The position numbers and the translations under genes were made by a program. A DNA stretch of 64,000 nt, from NCBI GenBank assembly GCA_963797095.1, contig CAWCNY010000002.1, positions 832,001-896,000 on the forward strand, given 5' to 3'. Positions 29,009 to 39,093 of this stretch are shown here, one piece after another (the stretch's first letter is position 1; every line of letters begins with the position of its first letter). This DNA is from an uncultured Chloroflexia bacterium. GTDB lineage: Bacteria > Chloroflexota > Chloroflexia > QHBQ01 > JADMIH01. Under the pieces are notes generated by a model. That model was not told the DNA's origin, made no database searches, and saw only the letters and a program-made list of their open reading frames with translations.

Positions 29009-29806
29009 TTACTTCTTTATTTCGGCGTATGTTGGGTGAGGGAGGAAACCCCAATGGTCCTGGGGCCAGTAAGAAACAAACGCTGTGCCTACTATACTTT
29101 CAATAGTAATAGCGTGCTCAGGGAAGACGTGCGAGTCGCTGGAGTTGCGCCTGTTATCTCCCAGCACGAACACACGGTCTTTCTGGACTGTGAATGGCCC
29201 GAAGTTGTAGTCGGGCGTCTGCTTTATATACGGCTCGTCCAGTTTGACCCCATTGATGTACACCCCGCAGGCGCCGCAATCGCGCTCAGGGTTGCCAATG
29301 GGGTCGGGGTCGGCCTTGATCTCGACCGTTTCGCCCTCGACCGCTATCACCCGCTTGATGAAATCCTTATCCTCTATAGGCGCTTGAAAGACGATGATAT
29401 CGCCGCGCTGAGGCCCATGGAAGAGATAGCGCATATCAGGCTGGATGTCTTTGTTCAAGATCCGCGCCAGGAAATTGGCGTCGTAGCGATAATAAAGGCC
29501 GCTGTTTACAAGCAGGCGCTCCTCGGTGTGGAGCGTAGGGAGCATACTGTCGCCCTCGACCTTGAAGTTCTGGACGACCGAGCGCACCATGAAGAAAATA
29601 AGCAGGGTAATGAGAACCGTCTCGATAATATCGCGGACGGCGCTCTTGCCCATTCCTCTACCGGGATAAGCCAGGTCTTCGGATACACTATCGCTGTCAA
29701 AGTCGGGAACGTAAGGTAGGCGTTGTTCGGAATGCCACCACGTATCATTGTCACTTTCTATTCGCATCTTGATCTCTTTTTGTGCCGCGAGGAATTTGCT
29801 TTCCAT
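29009..29806 (-). CDS. lepB: Signal peptidase I
   Basis: GDSMLPTL, RGDIIVF, FIKRVI, GDNRRNSSDS motifs; start may be 29767. Confidence 0.94.
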   Translation of the reverse strand: MESKFLAAQKEIKMRIESDNDTWWHSEQRLPYVPDFDSDSVSEDLAYPGRGMGKSAVRDIIETVLITLLIFFMVRSVVQNFKVEGDSMLPTLHTEERLLVNSGLYYRYDANFLARILNKDIQPDMRYLFHGPQRGDIIVFQAPIEDKDFIKRVIAVEGETVEIKADPDPIGNPERDCGACGVYINGVKLDEPYIKQTPDYNFGPFTVQKDRVFVLGDNRRNSSDSHVFPEHAITIESIVGTAFVSYWPQDHWGFLPHPTYAEIKK

Positions 29807-29948
29807 TATATAGCATGGAACGGGCCAGGCCCTATATATAACGTAATTATATACGCTGAGTATTACATGCGCAATCGGCGGCTTGGTTGTACAATGAGCC
29901 CTGGATAGTACTCATGCCCGACTTGTGGGGTGAATGGGAGGGACAAAG

Positions 29949-31469
29949 ATGGTAAATAGAGTAATGGAAACGTATCCGGCCCCGCCGTTCCAGCCGGGGT
30001 TGGATTGGATCAATACGGGTGGAAAGGCGCTGACCTTAGAGGATTTGCGCGGGAAGCTGCTGTTGCTCGATTTCTGGACCTACGGTTGAATCAACTGCAT
30101 GCATATATTGCCGGTGGTGCACCGGCTTGAAGAAAAGTACGCAAATGATCTCACAGTAGTGGGGGTGCATGCCGGTAAGTTTATCGCCGAGAGGGTGACC
30201 GAGAACATCAGAACGGCCACGCGGCGGCTTGGGGTCGCTCACCCGGTAGTGAACGACAGGCATTTCAGAACGTGGCGATCCTATGGCGTGCAAGCATGGC
30301 CCACTGTAGTCTTAGTCAGCCCCGATGGGCAATATATCGGCCAGCATTCAGGCGAGTTTACCTTCGAGCAGTTCGACCAGATCATCGGCGGTCTGGCCCA
30401 GGCTTATCGACAGGAGGGCCTGTTGATCGATGGGCCTCTACACTTTCTTGTGGACCCTGATCCCACCCCATCTTCTCTATTGCGGTTTCCGGGCAAGGTG
30501 CTCGCCGATGCGGTAGGCGGGCGGCTATTTATCTCAGATACCGCCAACAACCGTGTGCTGGTAGCAGCTGTTAGTGAACCTGGCGGAGTTGCCACCATTG
30601 TGAGCGTGATAGGGGACGGGGTATCAGGATTTCAGGACGGAGCCCTTGCCGAGGCTCAACTGAACCACCCCGAAGGCCTCGCTTTGCAGGAGGATACGCT
30701 GTACGTCGCCGATAAGGAGAATCATTCGATCCGGGCGGCTAACCTGGCGCAAGGCACACTCGAAACTATCGCCGGGACCGGGCAGATCGGCTATAGCAGG
30801 GAAGGCGGGATGGGCCGCGATGTGGCCCTGAACTCGCCCTGGGACTTGCTTGAAAGCGACAACTATCTCTACATAGCCATGGCGGGCAGGCACCAGATAT
30901 GGAGGATGGTGCTCAGCACGGGGCGTGTGGACCCGTTTGTTGGGAGCGGACGCGAGAACATAGACGACAACCTGAACAGGAGCGCCACCCTTGCCCAACC
31001 CAGCGGGCTTACCACGGACGAACAGCGCCTCTTCTTCGCCGACAGCGAGTTGAGTGCGGTGCGGGCAGCCGATTTCTCGCCCGATGGCTACACACAAACT
31101 CTGGTAGGGAGCGGCCTGTTCGACTTCGGCGACAAGGAAGGCAAGACCCTCGAAGCTAAGTTGCAACACTGTCTTGGCGTAGCCTATTACGAGGGCGGCA
31201 TACTTATCGCTGACACATACAACAACAAGATCAAGAGACTTGACCTGAGTGCAAAGGAAATAATAACTCTCCTGGGTTCTGGGAAACCTGATCAGTTGTA
31301 CGAGCCTGGCGGCCTATCGATCTGGGATGGTCAGGACAGCGCACGACTGTACATCGCTGATACCAACAACCACCGTGTGCTGGTATCGGTGATCAACAGC
31401 GATGGTACACTATCTCCTCCATCGGTTGTGGAGATCATCTTTCCCGGTGCCACAAGCAACGAATCGTAA
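29949..31469 (+). CDS. Thioredoxin-like + NHL-repeat protein (NHLRC2/SOQ1-like), probable selenoprotein with UxxC
   Basis: ATG at 29949 after GGGAGG reads ...[17 protein letters not shown](30087-30089)-INCMH in frame with the 30099 ORF; NHL repeats ([25 protein letters not shown]). Confidence 0.88.
30110..30126 (+). promoter_or_regulatory. Candidate bacterial SECIS hairpin
   Basis: GCCGGT-GGTGC-ACCGGC with a G-first loop about 27 nt after the UGA. Confidence 0.55.
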
Positions 31470-31484
31470 GATTACATCCAGGAG

Positions 31485-32090
31485 TTAGTGCGCGGCGATC
31501 CCCAACCAGATCGCGTCGATCACGGATTGGAGCCATTGATCGTCTTCAGCCTGCCCCGCGATATGGCGTGCGAAGATTGAGCCCGCAATCATCTGGGTAA
31601 TAACTTCAACCTGTATATCGGATCGTACATCTCCGCGCTCGATCCCCCTGCGAAGTATGTCTGACATCGCTTCCATGCGTGGGTAGATGACCAGGCTCCG
31701 GAAAAGCTCAATCAGTTCTGGATCTTCGCGCTCTTTGACCAACACAGTGCCGAGCATTGAATAGAGATTACGCGCTTTCAGTATCCTATGAAATTGGCCC
31801 ACAAACTTGTAGAGGTCGGCACGCACATCGCCCGAATCTGCATAGGTCTCCAAAGTGTTAGCAAGCGACGACACGGCAGCCACCACAAGTTCACGCTTGC
31901 CGGGGTAGCGCCTGTAGATGGTGGTTTTGCCCACCCCTGCGGCTGCGGCCACCCCTTCCATAGACATAGCATCATACCCCTGCTCAACGAGCAACTGGAG
32001 GGTGGTTTGGAGGATGGCCTGGTCGGCCTCGGAGCTCCGAGGCCGACCCGCTGTTTTCTGGGTGATCGTGGTCATGTTGTAGTATATCAA
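31485..32090 (-). CDS. TetR/AcrR-family regulator
   Basis: GRPRS..., GVGKTTIYRRY HTH. Confidence 0.93.
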   Translation of the reverse strand: MIYYNMTTITQKTAGRPRSSEADQAILQTTLQLLVEQGYDAMSMEGVAAAAGVGKTTIYRRYPGKRELVVAAVSSLANTLETYADSGDVRADLYKFVGQFHRILKARNLYSMLGTVLVKEREDPELIELFRSLVIYPRMEAMSDILRRGIERGDVRSDIQVEVITQMIAGSIFARHIAGQAEDDQWLQSVIDAIWLGIAAH

Positions 32091-32105
32091 CTTCCGATCT
32101 GCTAA

Positions 32106-33272
32106 TCATACAGAATGTACAGGCTGGGGTGGTCGCTGGCGGCTAGGTATGAACGAGAGGCGTGCAATTCCTCCAGCGAAGATGAGCAATCCTGCCCCCG
32201 CCAGGAGAGCCAGCCCAAGCGTCATATCGGGTGTGGTGCTCCCACCGATCAGGATGTTGCGGATGCCTTCCACCATGTAGCGCAACGGCGAGAAATCGGC
32301 CAGCCAGCGTACAACATCTGGAGCGAACGACGGCGGGTACGAAGCGCCTGACACGGGCTGCTGTACGAAAAGCCCGATCAGGCCGAGCGCTGCTCCAAGC
32401 TCCAGTCCGAACAGCCTTATCATTCCCTGGACAAGCCATGCCGAAGCCAGCAATCCGATCCAGAGGAAGGCGGCCAATCCCACGAAGTCGATGTCCCAGC
32501 GCCACATGAAGAGCGCGATATCAAGGGTAATAACCACTGCCACGATAAGCGCGCCAATCGCGCTCACGCCCAGCTCAACCAACCCTCCTTGCATCGCGCT
32601 GACCCCCTGCGTGCGGCGCAAACTAGCGCCCGCCCGAGATAGCAAAACAGAGAAGGCAAGTGTAGCGATCCAGATAGGCAGCACCAGCACGGCAGGGATC
32701 ACCGAGAATCGGAAATCTGCGGCTGTAGCTACCGTGGCAACCACCGTCGTTACCAGCGGCTGCGAGGGCTGCCCGCCCAGCATCCCAGGCAGGGAAGCAT
32801 CCAGATTTGCGGATAGCTGGCTGGCGATATTGGTCATGAACAGGCCAGTGAATTGATCGCTGGCGTCCGACTTGACTATCGTTATCTGCACAGGCTGGTG
32901 GGCTTGCAAGTCGCGGGTCATGTTCTCAGGGAAGATTATGCCGCCCGATACATGGCGCGAGAGCACGGCGTTTCTCAGGTCGGCCTCCGTGGTATATTGA
33001 ACGGCCTGGACGGGGATCTGATTGTGCAGGCCCCCCGCCAGTTGCCCGCCAACTGACACTGTGCCCTGGGGAGTCTGGACGCCTGCATCAAGAACAGTGA
33101 TACCAATGCTCACCTTATCGATCTGCGTCGATGGATCGACGGCCAGGGTTAGCGCGAAGAAAAGAAACAGGGTCGGTATTATTACCCAGACAGCGATAGC
33201 GAGCTTCGCCTCGCGCTGGGCAAAGAGCATACGAAGAGCGGACATTTGTGAACCTCCTGCGAGTAATTTCAT
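32106..33272 (-). CDS. ABC-2/YhgE-Pip-like membrane protein
   Basis: N-terminal TM, extracellular loop, five C-terminal TMs, SPLRYMVEGIR motif. Confidence 0.7.
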   Translation of the reverse strand: MKLLAGGSQMSALRMLFAQREAKLAIAVWVIIPTLFLFFALTLAVDPSTQIDKVSIGITVLDAGVQTPQGTVSVGGQLAGGLHNQIPVQAVQYTTEADLRNAVLSRHVSGGIIFPENMTRDLQAHQPVQITIVKSDASDQFTGLFMTNIASQLSANLDASLPGMLGGQPSQPLVTTVVATVATAADFRFSVIPAVLVLPIWIATLAFSVLLSRAGASLRRTQGVSAMQGGLVELGVSAIGALIVAVVITLDIALFMWRWDIDFVGLAAFLWIGLLASAWLVQGMIRLFGLELGAALGLIGLFVQQPVSGASYPPSFAPDVVRWLADFSPLRYMVEGIRNILIGGSTTPDMTLGLALLAGAGLLIFAGGIARLSFIPSRQRPPQPVHSV

Positions 33273-33285
33273 TGACGATCATGAA

Positions 33286-33335
33286 ACGAAACGACACTGT
33301 ATCGTAACTATATACCAAATCGTATCACCTGTCAA
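33286..33335 (-). promoter_or_regulatory. Sigma70 promoter with an adjacent TetR-type operator
   Basis: TTGACA-N17-TATAGT (33335-33307); imperfect palindrome ACGAAAC-N6-GTATCGT (33286-33305) over the predicted transcription start. Confidence 0.65.
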
Positions 33336-33632
33336 GAGGTTCAAAGCACCAATTTCAGCCCTTTTCTCAGCCAGGAACCAGGAACCAGGAATTTGGAACT
33401 TGGACCTCATGAAGAAACCACCCGAATGGCCCTTGTAAAGCATCAATTCCGCCCGCATTATTAGTACAAATATTCTAAATTCATGCACGGGGGCCTATGA
33501 CATTTGATTACGTCACATTTGTGAATACCACAATTGGGCTAACAGGCGTCTGCTCGATGGGCCGAGAAAATACCTCAAGGAGAACTTATGAGCCACAAGC
33601 TGCCCAACGGGACTTGCTTTGGATTTGCTCTA

Positions 33633-33697
33633 GACTTGCCCTCACTTACTAAATGGCATTGGTGGGACAAAACTGGACAGGTTTTGGGGTGTACTTT
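33633..33697 (-). repeat. Dispersed repeat, copy 2 of 3
   Basis: Reverse complement reads AAAGTACACCCCAAAACCTGTCCAGTTTTGTCCCACCAATGCCATTTAGTAAGTGAGGGCAAGTC. Confidence 0.85.
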
Positions 33698-33821
33698 GGT
33701 ACAGTTTTAGGGTCTTTCGGACAAGGAGGCGGCTCGGGTCGCGTAGAGGGCTAGAGTAGTGTAATATAGGCGCGATGGCATACGATGTTTGCCGGATTTC
33801 CTATGCAAGAAGGAGAGAAGC

Positions 33822-34493
33822 ATGATTAGCCAGGCCCCTAGAGACACAGGTTCGCATAAGGCTTTGCTGCCCTATGAGATAGATTCGGAACAACGCCGCG
33901 TATATGACCGGCGGGTTGCGACGTGGCCTCTGAGGCTGGCAAGTATATTGATTGGTATTCTCTGGCTGACCAACATGGGCTGGCGGCTGCCCTGGAACGA
34001 TTTTGTGACGCCTGGCGAGCAGGTGAACGGAGCGGAAGTAAACACAGTGCAAACCGATAAGCAGCCGGGGCCATTCGTGGATAACGGCAATGGCCTTTAT
34101 CACTGGCTGACGCTGATGGCGCAATATGGCAACAATGGGCCGGTGCCGGGGTTTGGAGATGCGATCAAGAATGTGGTGCTGCCCAACTGGCGGCTCTTCG
34201 GGTGGATCAGCTTCTTCTGGGAGGGCGCAATCGTGGTCTCTTTAATCCTGGGCTTGCTCAGCAGAGTTGGAGGGTTCCTCAGCCTGATCCATGGTGCGAT
34301 CCTCTACCTGGGGGTAGGGCAGGTGCCTGGGCAGTGGACATGGTCCTATGTAATGTTAGCCGCATTCGGATTCGTCTTTATGTTTACGGGGGCTGGGAGG
34401 TTCCTCGGGCTGGACCAGTTGATCCGGCCCAAGCTGCGCGAGTTGATGGGGATGGGGCGCGAGGGACTGAGATGGCTGTATACGTTGACGTGA
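33822..34493 (+). CDS. DoxX/TQO small subunit (DoxD)-like membrane protein
   Basis: LRL..ILIG, E..I..SLILGL, GAGRFLGLD motifs; AAGGAG RBS. Confidence 0.7.
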   Translation: MISQAPRDTGSHKALLPYEIDSEQRRVYDRRVATWPLRLASILIGILWLTNMGWRLPWNDFVTPGEQVNGAEVNTVQTDKQPGPFVDNGNGLYHWLTLMAQYGNNGPVPGFGDAIKNVVLPNWRLFGWISFFWEGAIVVSLILGLLSRVGGFLSLIHGAILYLGVGQVPGQWTWSYVMLAAFGFVFMFTGAGRFLGLDQLIRPKLRELMGMGREGLRWLYTLT

Positions 34494-34636
34494 TCATATG
34501 ACGAGTAACGAGTGACGAGGAGCTATCGACTACCGGCTACTGGCCCGAAAGTTGCAAAGTAAGCGCGCATATCTCTGTGTTATAATATTGTGCTTGTTGG
34601 GCGTAATTGGGCACAGATTCTAAAGGAGGGAAATCT

Positions 34637-35476
34637 ATGATCTACATGCAGAAAGCAAAAAAGGGCGTTCTGGCGGCGCTGCTGGTAGGAGTTGGCGTGC
34701 TCGGCCTCGCCGGGTGTGGCGACACCCCCACCGCCACGCCGATCGCTCCCACGGCCACTACTGCTAGCTCTACGGGAGATGTAGCAGCTACAGCCACGAC
34801 CGGCGTTATGGAAGAGCCTACTGCTACCACTGATACCAGCATGACGGAAGAGCCAACCGCTACAACAGGTACGTCTGGCACAGGTGGTGGAGAGGCTATG
34901 GACCTGCTCACCAGATCGGCTGATGCCATGAAGAACCTCAAGAGCTACCATATGTCGATGCAGCTTGAAAGCGCTGGCACAACCACCTCTATCGAAGGCG
35001 ATGTGGAGCTACCTGACAAGTACCGGCTAAATATCGATGCGGGCGGCGGCGTGAGTACCGAGACCATCATTGTAGGAGGCTCCAGCTATACCAAAATGCC
35101 GGGTACAGACCAGTACGTAGCGTCTCCGTTCAACTCCTCACTTCTGGACGCGGCTAATACATCCGATATTGCCGATGTGGCTCAGAATGCCACGGTGGTA
35201 GGAGATGAGACGCTGGATGGCGTAGACACCACACATGTCAAGTACAGCGCCAACGATCCGACCGGCACAAGTGGCGCTACGGGCGATGTAGATGCGTGGA
35301 TTGAGAAGTCGACAGGATACATCCACCAGTATAAAGTCTCATCCAGCGCCGCTGGGGTATCGTCTACGACCACTGTAATGTACTCGAAGTTCAATGAGAC
35401 CATAGATCCTCCAATCGAGAAGCCGGACAATGTAATGGATCCTGGTAACCTTGTGCCTACTGTCTCCGTTCCGTAA
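34637..35476 (+). CDS. LppX/LprAFG-like lipoprotein
   Basis: Lipobox LAGC, Thr-rich linker, GDETLDGVDTTH, YSKFNE..I..P. Confidence 0.72.
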   Translation: MIYMQKAKKGVLAALLVGVGVLGLAGCGDTPTATPIAPTATTASSTGDVAATATTGVMEEPTATTDTSMTEEPTATTGTSGTGGGEAMDLLTRSADAMKNLKSYHMSMQLESAGTTTSIEGDVELPDKYRLNIDAGGGVSTETIIVGGSSYTKMPGTDQYVASPFNSSLLDAANTSDIADVAQNATVVGDETLDGVDTTHVKYSANDPTGTSGATGDVDAWIEKSTGYIHQYKVSSSAAGVSSTTTVMYSKFNETIDPPIEKPDNVMDPGNLVPTVSVP

Positions 35477-35499
35477 TCCGCACAGAGCTAGCAACTAAT

Positions 35500-35532
35500 A
35501 AGAAAGCGGGCCGCCTGCGCGCCCGCTTTCTT
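35500..35532. terminator. Bidirectional intrinsic terminator
   Basis: AAGAAAGCGGGC...GCCCGCTTTCTT between convergent genes. Confidence 0.75.
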
Positions 35533-35553
35533 CCTTTTCCATCACTCTCTATT

Positions 35554-37818
35554 TCAATCACTTTGCTGCGGTGCCTCCAATGGCTCCAGGGGCAGCATGA
35601 AATAGAATCCGCTCCCTTTGCCCTCCTCCGACTCAACCCAGATCCGGCCCCCGTGGCGGCTCACTATTTCATGTGAAATATAGAGGCCGAGACCAAGCCC
35701 GCTGAAGGCTGTTGTTGCGACGTTGCGCGCCCGGAAGAAGCGCATAAACACCTGGCTTTGTTGGTCGGCAGGGATGCCCAAACCGTAATCGCGTACCGAG
35801 ACTTTGGCCCTGTTGCCGCCATCTTCGGGTACTACGCTTACTTCTATCCGGCGACTCTCGCCTGAGTATTTGATGGCGTTCTGGATCAGGTTCGTGATTA
35901 CCTGCTCGATGCGGATCCGGTCACCGAATACCGGCGCATTTCTCAAAGGGGTATCGAGCACTATAGTGAAGTCGGGGGCGGTAGGCGCAAGGTCTTCGAC
36001 AGTGCCCTGGACTAGCTCTCGCAGGTCGAAGTGTTCGTAATGAAGCGGAAGAGTATCGCTTTGTATCCGGGAAACCTCAAGCATCTCGTTGATAAGCCTG
36101 GTAAGCCTGTTGGCTTGCTCGTCAATAGTGCCCAGTATGCGGCGAAGCCTTTCGTCGCTTTGTGAGCCTGCCATGCGGAGGGCGAGCTGCGAATAGCCTT
36201 TGATGGTGGTTGTAGGTGTCTTTAGCTCATGCGAGGCCAGCGCGAGGAGGGCATCTTTTTGCTTATCCAATTCGTGCCGCTCGGTAACGTCGATCACAGC
36301 GTTGAGCATGCCCACCACCGCTCCTGAGGCATCAAGCACCGGCCTGAGGTAAATATCGCGATAATAGGTGGTTTCGTCACCTGGGATAGAGTACGGGATA
36401 TCGCTCAGGTCAACCGCTTCGCCTGCCAGCGCTTTATCGTAATAGACACGCCGCTCGGCAAATGCGGGGGCCAGATCATAAAGCACTTTGCCCTGGGCCC
36501 CAATATCCACATTGGTCATACGCGCCCATTCGGTGTTCAGGCTGAGGACCCGGGTCTCTTTGTCGAGAAGAGCCAGCCCAATCGGCATACCTTCGACCAT
36601 TGTTTCCAGGATAGCGCGCTGCGACTCCGTTTGTTCGCGCACCTCGTCTTCAAGTTGCTTGCGCTGGCTCACATCCATCGTGACACCGCGCATACCTATT
36701 GGGTTGCCCTGCTCGTCTTTTATTACGACGTCGGTCGCTTCGACCCACAATGTGCGGCCATCCTTTGTGACCCACCGGAATCTGTTGGTGCCCCCGCCTG
36801 TTTTGTAATTATCGGCGGCGTTCCTGGCTGCCTCTTCTTTATCATCGGGGTGGACGATTGTGAGCCAGAAATTGGGCGTCGCGTGCCACTCTTCGCTGGT
36901 GTAGCCAAGCAATCTCTCAACATACGGGCTTACGAAGTCGATCCTCTGGGTAGCCTCATCGGGTTTGCCCCATGCCTCCCACACAACGCCCGGTACGCTT
37001 GCCATGAGGTCGTTCAGGCGTCTACGTTCGCGTTCCACCTGGACCAGGAGTGTCGCGTTGGCTTGCTCCGCTTCCCTACGTTGAGTTATATCGCGAAAGA
37101 CCATGATCACCCCTGTGATACGGCCTTTGAGGTCGTAAATAGGCGCGGCGCTGTCATCGATGGGCCGCTCGGTGCCCTCCCTGGAGACCAGGATTGTGTG
37201 GTTGGCAAGGCCCATTACCTTATGTTCCCTGAGCACATGTTTGACCGGGTTCTCGGCTGGTGTTCGGGTGTTTTCGTTGATGATGTTGAGAACTTCGCCC
37301 ACCTGCCTGCCCACGGCATCCTGTCGGCTCCAGCCTGTAAGAGTTTCCGCTATGCCGTTTATGAAGGTGATTCGCCCTTCGATGTCCGTGGCGAGGGCTG
37401 CGTCGCCGATACTCGATAGAGTGGCCTCAAGTGTTGCACGTTCCTCGTAGACTCTGTTATCAGCTTGCCTGCGAGCATAGCTCAACCCGTTGATAATTAG
37501 GGTAACCAGCACAAACAGGAACAACTGCAAGTTTGCATCGGGATTGCCCAGCACGAAAGAGTTGTAGGGTGGCAGGAAGAAGTACTCAGCAACTACAGCA
37601 CAGAGGGCGGTGGAGAACAATCCAGGGCCAAGCCCGCCAAGCCAGGCGCTGAGGGCAACCGCCGCGAAGAAGGGTAGAAAAGGGATCTTGTAGGCGAGAT
37701 CGCCAATCGAGAGATGGAAGATCAGTGCAATCGCTACGGACGCACCCGCCAGGCCATAACCCAAGGCTGGGTTCAAATTGCCAAAACGCAGCCAAATTGC
37801 ACGGGAAGTTAGGCTCAT
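35554..37818 (-). CDS. Membrane PAS-domain sensor histidine kinase (DUF4118-like TM region)
   Basis: SHELKTP H-box, NAIKY, DYGLGI, GLGLGL, three PAS domains. Confidence 0.93.
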   Translation of the reverse strand: MSLTSRAIWLRFGNLNPALGYGLAGASVAIALIFHLSIGDLAYKIPFLPFFAAVALSAWLGGLGPGLFSTALCAVVAEYFFLPPYNSFVLGNPDANLQLFLFVLVTLIINGLSYARRQADNRVYEERATLEATLSSIGDAALATDIEGRITFINGIAETLTGWSRQDAVGRQVGEVLNIINENTRTPAENPVKHVLREHKVMGLANHTILVSREGTERPIDDSAAPIYDLKGRITGVIMVFRDITQRREAEQANATLLVQVERERRRLNDLMASVPGVVWEAWGKPDEATQRIDFVSPYVERLLGYTSEEWHATPNFWLTIVHPDDKEEAARNAADNYKTGGGTNRFRWVTKDGRTLWVEATDVVIKDEQGNPIGMRGVTMDVSQRKQLEDEVREQTESQRAILETMVEGMPIGLALLDKETRVLSLNTEWARMTNVDIGAQGKVLYDLAPAFAERRVYYDKALAGEAVDLSDIPYSIPGDETTYYRDIYLRPVLDASGAVVGMLNAVIDVTERHELDKQKDALLALASHELKTPTTTIKGYSQLALRMAGSQSDERLRRILGTIDEQANRLTRLINEMLEVSRIQSDTLPLHYEHFDLRELVQGTVEDLAPTAPDFTIVLDTPLRNAPVFGDRIRIEQVITNLIQNAIKYSGESRRIEVSVVPEDGGNRAKVSVRDYGLGIPADQQSQVFMRFFRARNVATTAFSGLGLGLYISHEIVSRHGGRIWVESEEGKGSGFYFMLPLEPLEAPQQSD

Positions 37819-38061
37819 TATGTTCCTTCTACATCAAGAGGTCGTGAAGCATGTGTCGCGATTGTGCAGCGATCTGATGATATCGTGATGCCTCTGCATC
37901 CAGGAACGTAAAAAAGACAGGATCGATACCGTGCGGCATACAACAGGCCTGTGCCTGATCGTCATTGCATTTTAGGTATTTGTGCTATTAGTATACGGCT
38001 ATTGTCAATGGGGAGCAGTTCGGATGGGGCGGTTATGCTGCGACCCATCACGAGCAAGCCT

Positions 38062-38562
38062 CTAGACGAGGGTAGCCCGCCCGGCGTCGATCTCCACCTC
38101 GGCTTCTATCTCGACGGGCATATCGAAGGGTAGCTCGGCTACGCCGATTGCAGCGCGGGCATGCTGTCCAACGTAGGGACCATAAAGCTCCACGATAAGG
38201 TCGGAAAAGCCGTTGATAACCGCTGTAGTGCGATTGAAGCCGGGGGCGGCGTTGACCATCCCGAACACGCGCAGCCAGGCGCTTACGCGATCCAGGTCGC
38301 CCAATTCGCGCTTGAGACTGCCGAGGATGGCAAGGGCAGTGAGCCTGGCGGCATTGTAAGCTTGCTCGATTGTGATGTCGGCCCCGACTTTACCGAATGG
38401 CCCGGCGATGGAGCCGTCCTGGGCCTGGGGGCCGTGTCCGGCGATGTACACCCGGTTGCCGCGCACGCGCACCCAACGGAAGGGGAGTTGTAGCCCGGCG
38501 GGAGGAGTGAACGCCTCCGGTAGGACCAGCCCCAACTGTTCCAGATGATTCTCGATCTTCAT
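38062..38562 (-). CDS. RidA-family protein
   Basis: NGFSDL, HARAAIGVAELP, VEIE motifs. Confidence 0.9.
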   Translation of the reverse strand: MKIENHLEQLGLVLPEAFTPPAGLQLPFRWVRVRGNRVYIAGHGPQAQDGSIAGPFGKVGADITIEQAYNAARLTALAILGSLKRELGDLDRVSAWLRVFGMVNAAPGFNRTTAVINGFSDLIVELYGPYVGQHARAAIGVAELPFDMPVEIEAEVEIDAGRATLV

Positions 38563-38736
38563 TCGTGTGTTCCTTTGATTCCGCTTATGTTGATGTATCC
38601 TTTGCTCGCATTGATCTTTGCGCTGTCAGTATATACGCAATGGGTGAGCATGGGTTATCATCTTGTGGGCAGCGTTTATGGTTTGCAACAAAAAAGCCGT
38701 TTGTAACGCATCTCAGCATTAACAACCGGCTGTGGG

Positions 38737-38809
38737 AGCGGGGAAAGGGGCTCGAACCCTCAACATCCAGCTTGGAAGGCTAGCACTCTGCCAATTGAGT
38801 TATCCCCGC
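38737..38809 (-). tRNA. tRNA-Gly (TCC)
   Basis: GCGGGGA acceptor stem, CTAGC-CTTCCAA-GCTGG anticodon arm, GGTTCGAGCC. Confidence 0.95.
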
Positions 38810-38820
38810 GTGGCCCACCA

Positions 38821-38884
38821 ATTATAGCGTATGGGGGGATGCTATGTCAATCGCTTGACACTGCTGAGCGCTATCTGTTACACT
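38821..38884. promoter_or_regulatory. Divergent sigma70 promoters for tRNA-Gly and tRNA-Glu
   Basis: Minus strand TTGACA-N18-TATAAT; plus strand TTGACA-N18-TACACT. Confidence 0.65.
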
Positions 38885-38904
38885 ATGAGACGGACGTGTA
38901 CCGG

Positions 38905-38981
38905 GGCGCATTCGTCTAGAGGCCTAGGACACCTCCCTCTCAAGGAGGAGACCAGGGGTTCGAATCCCCTATGCGCTACCA
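38905..38981 (+). tRNA. tRNA-Glu (CTC), CCA encoded
   Basis: GGCGCAT acceptor stem, CCTCC-CTCTCAA-GGAGG anticodon arm, GGTTCGAATCC, ACCA end. Confidence 0.95.
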
Positions 38982-39015
38982 GAAAGCCCCGCTCAGGCGG
39001 GGTTTCTTCGTTTCT
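38982..39015 (+). terminator. Terminator after tRNA-Glu
   Basis: GAAAGCCCCGC-TCAG-GCGGGGTTTC followed by T-rich tail. Confidence 0.75.
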
Positions 39016-39093
39016 TCGGGTCCAGCGCCGGTCATTGACAACGGCCTTGTTTCCCATACCTACTCCCAGCGATATTTATCGTTGGAGGCTTGT

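Noticed and set aside
37840-38010. Possible attenuator upstream of the histidine kinase
   Set aside because: A weak stem before a T-run, with no leader peptide or known motif; insufficient support.
38737-38981. tRNA-anchored prophage or genomic island
   Set aside because: No integrase and no duplicated tRNA 3' end were seen in the window.
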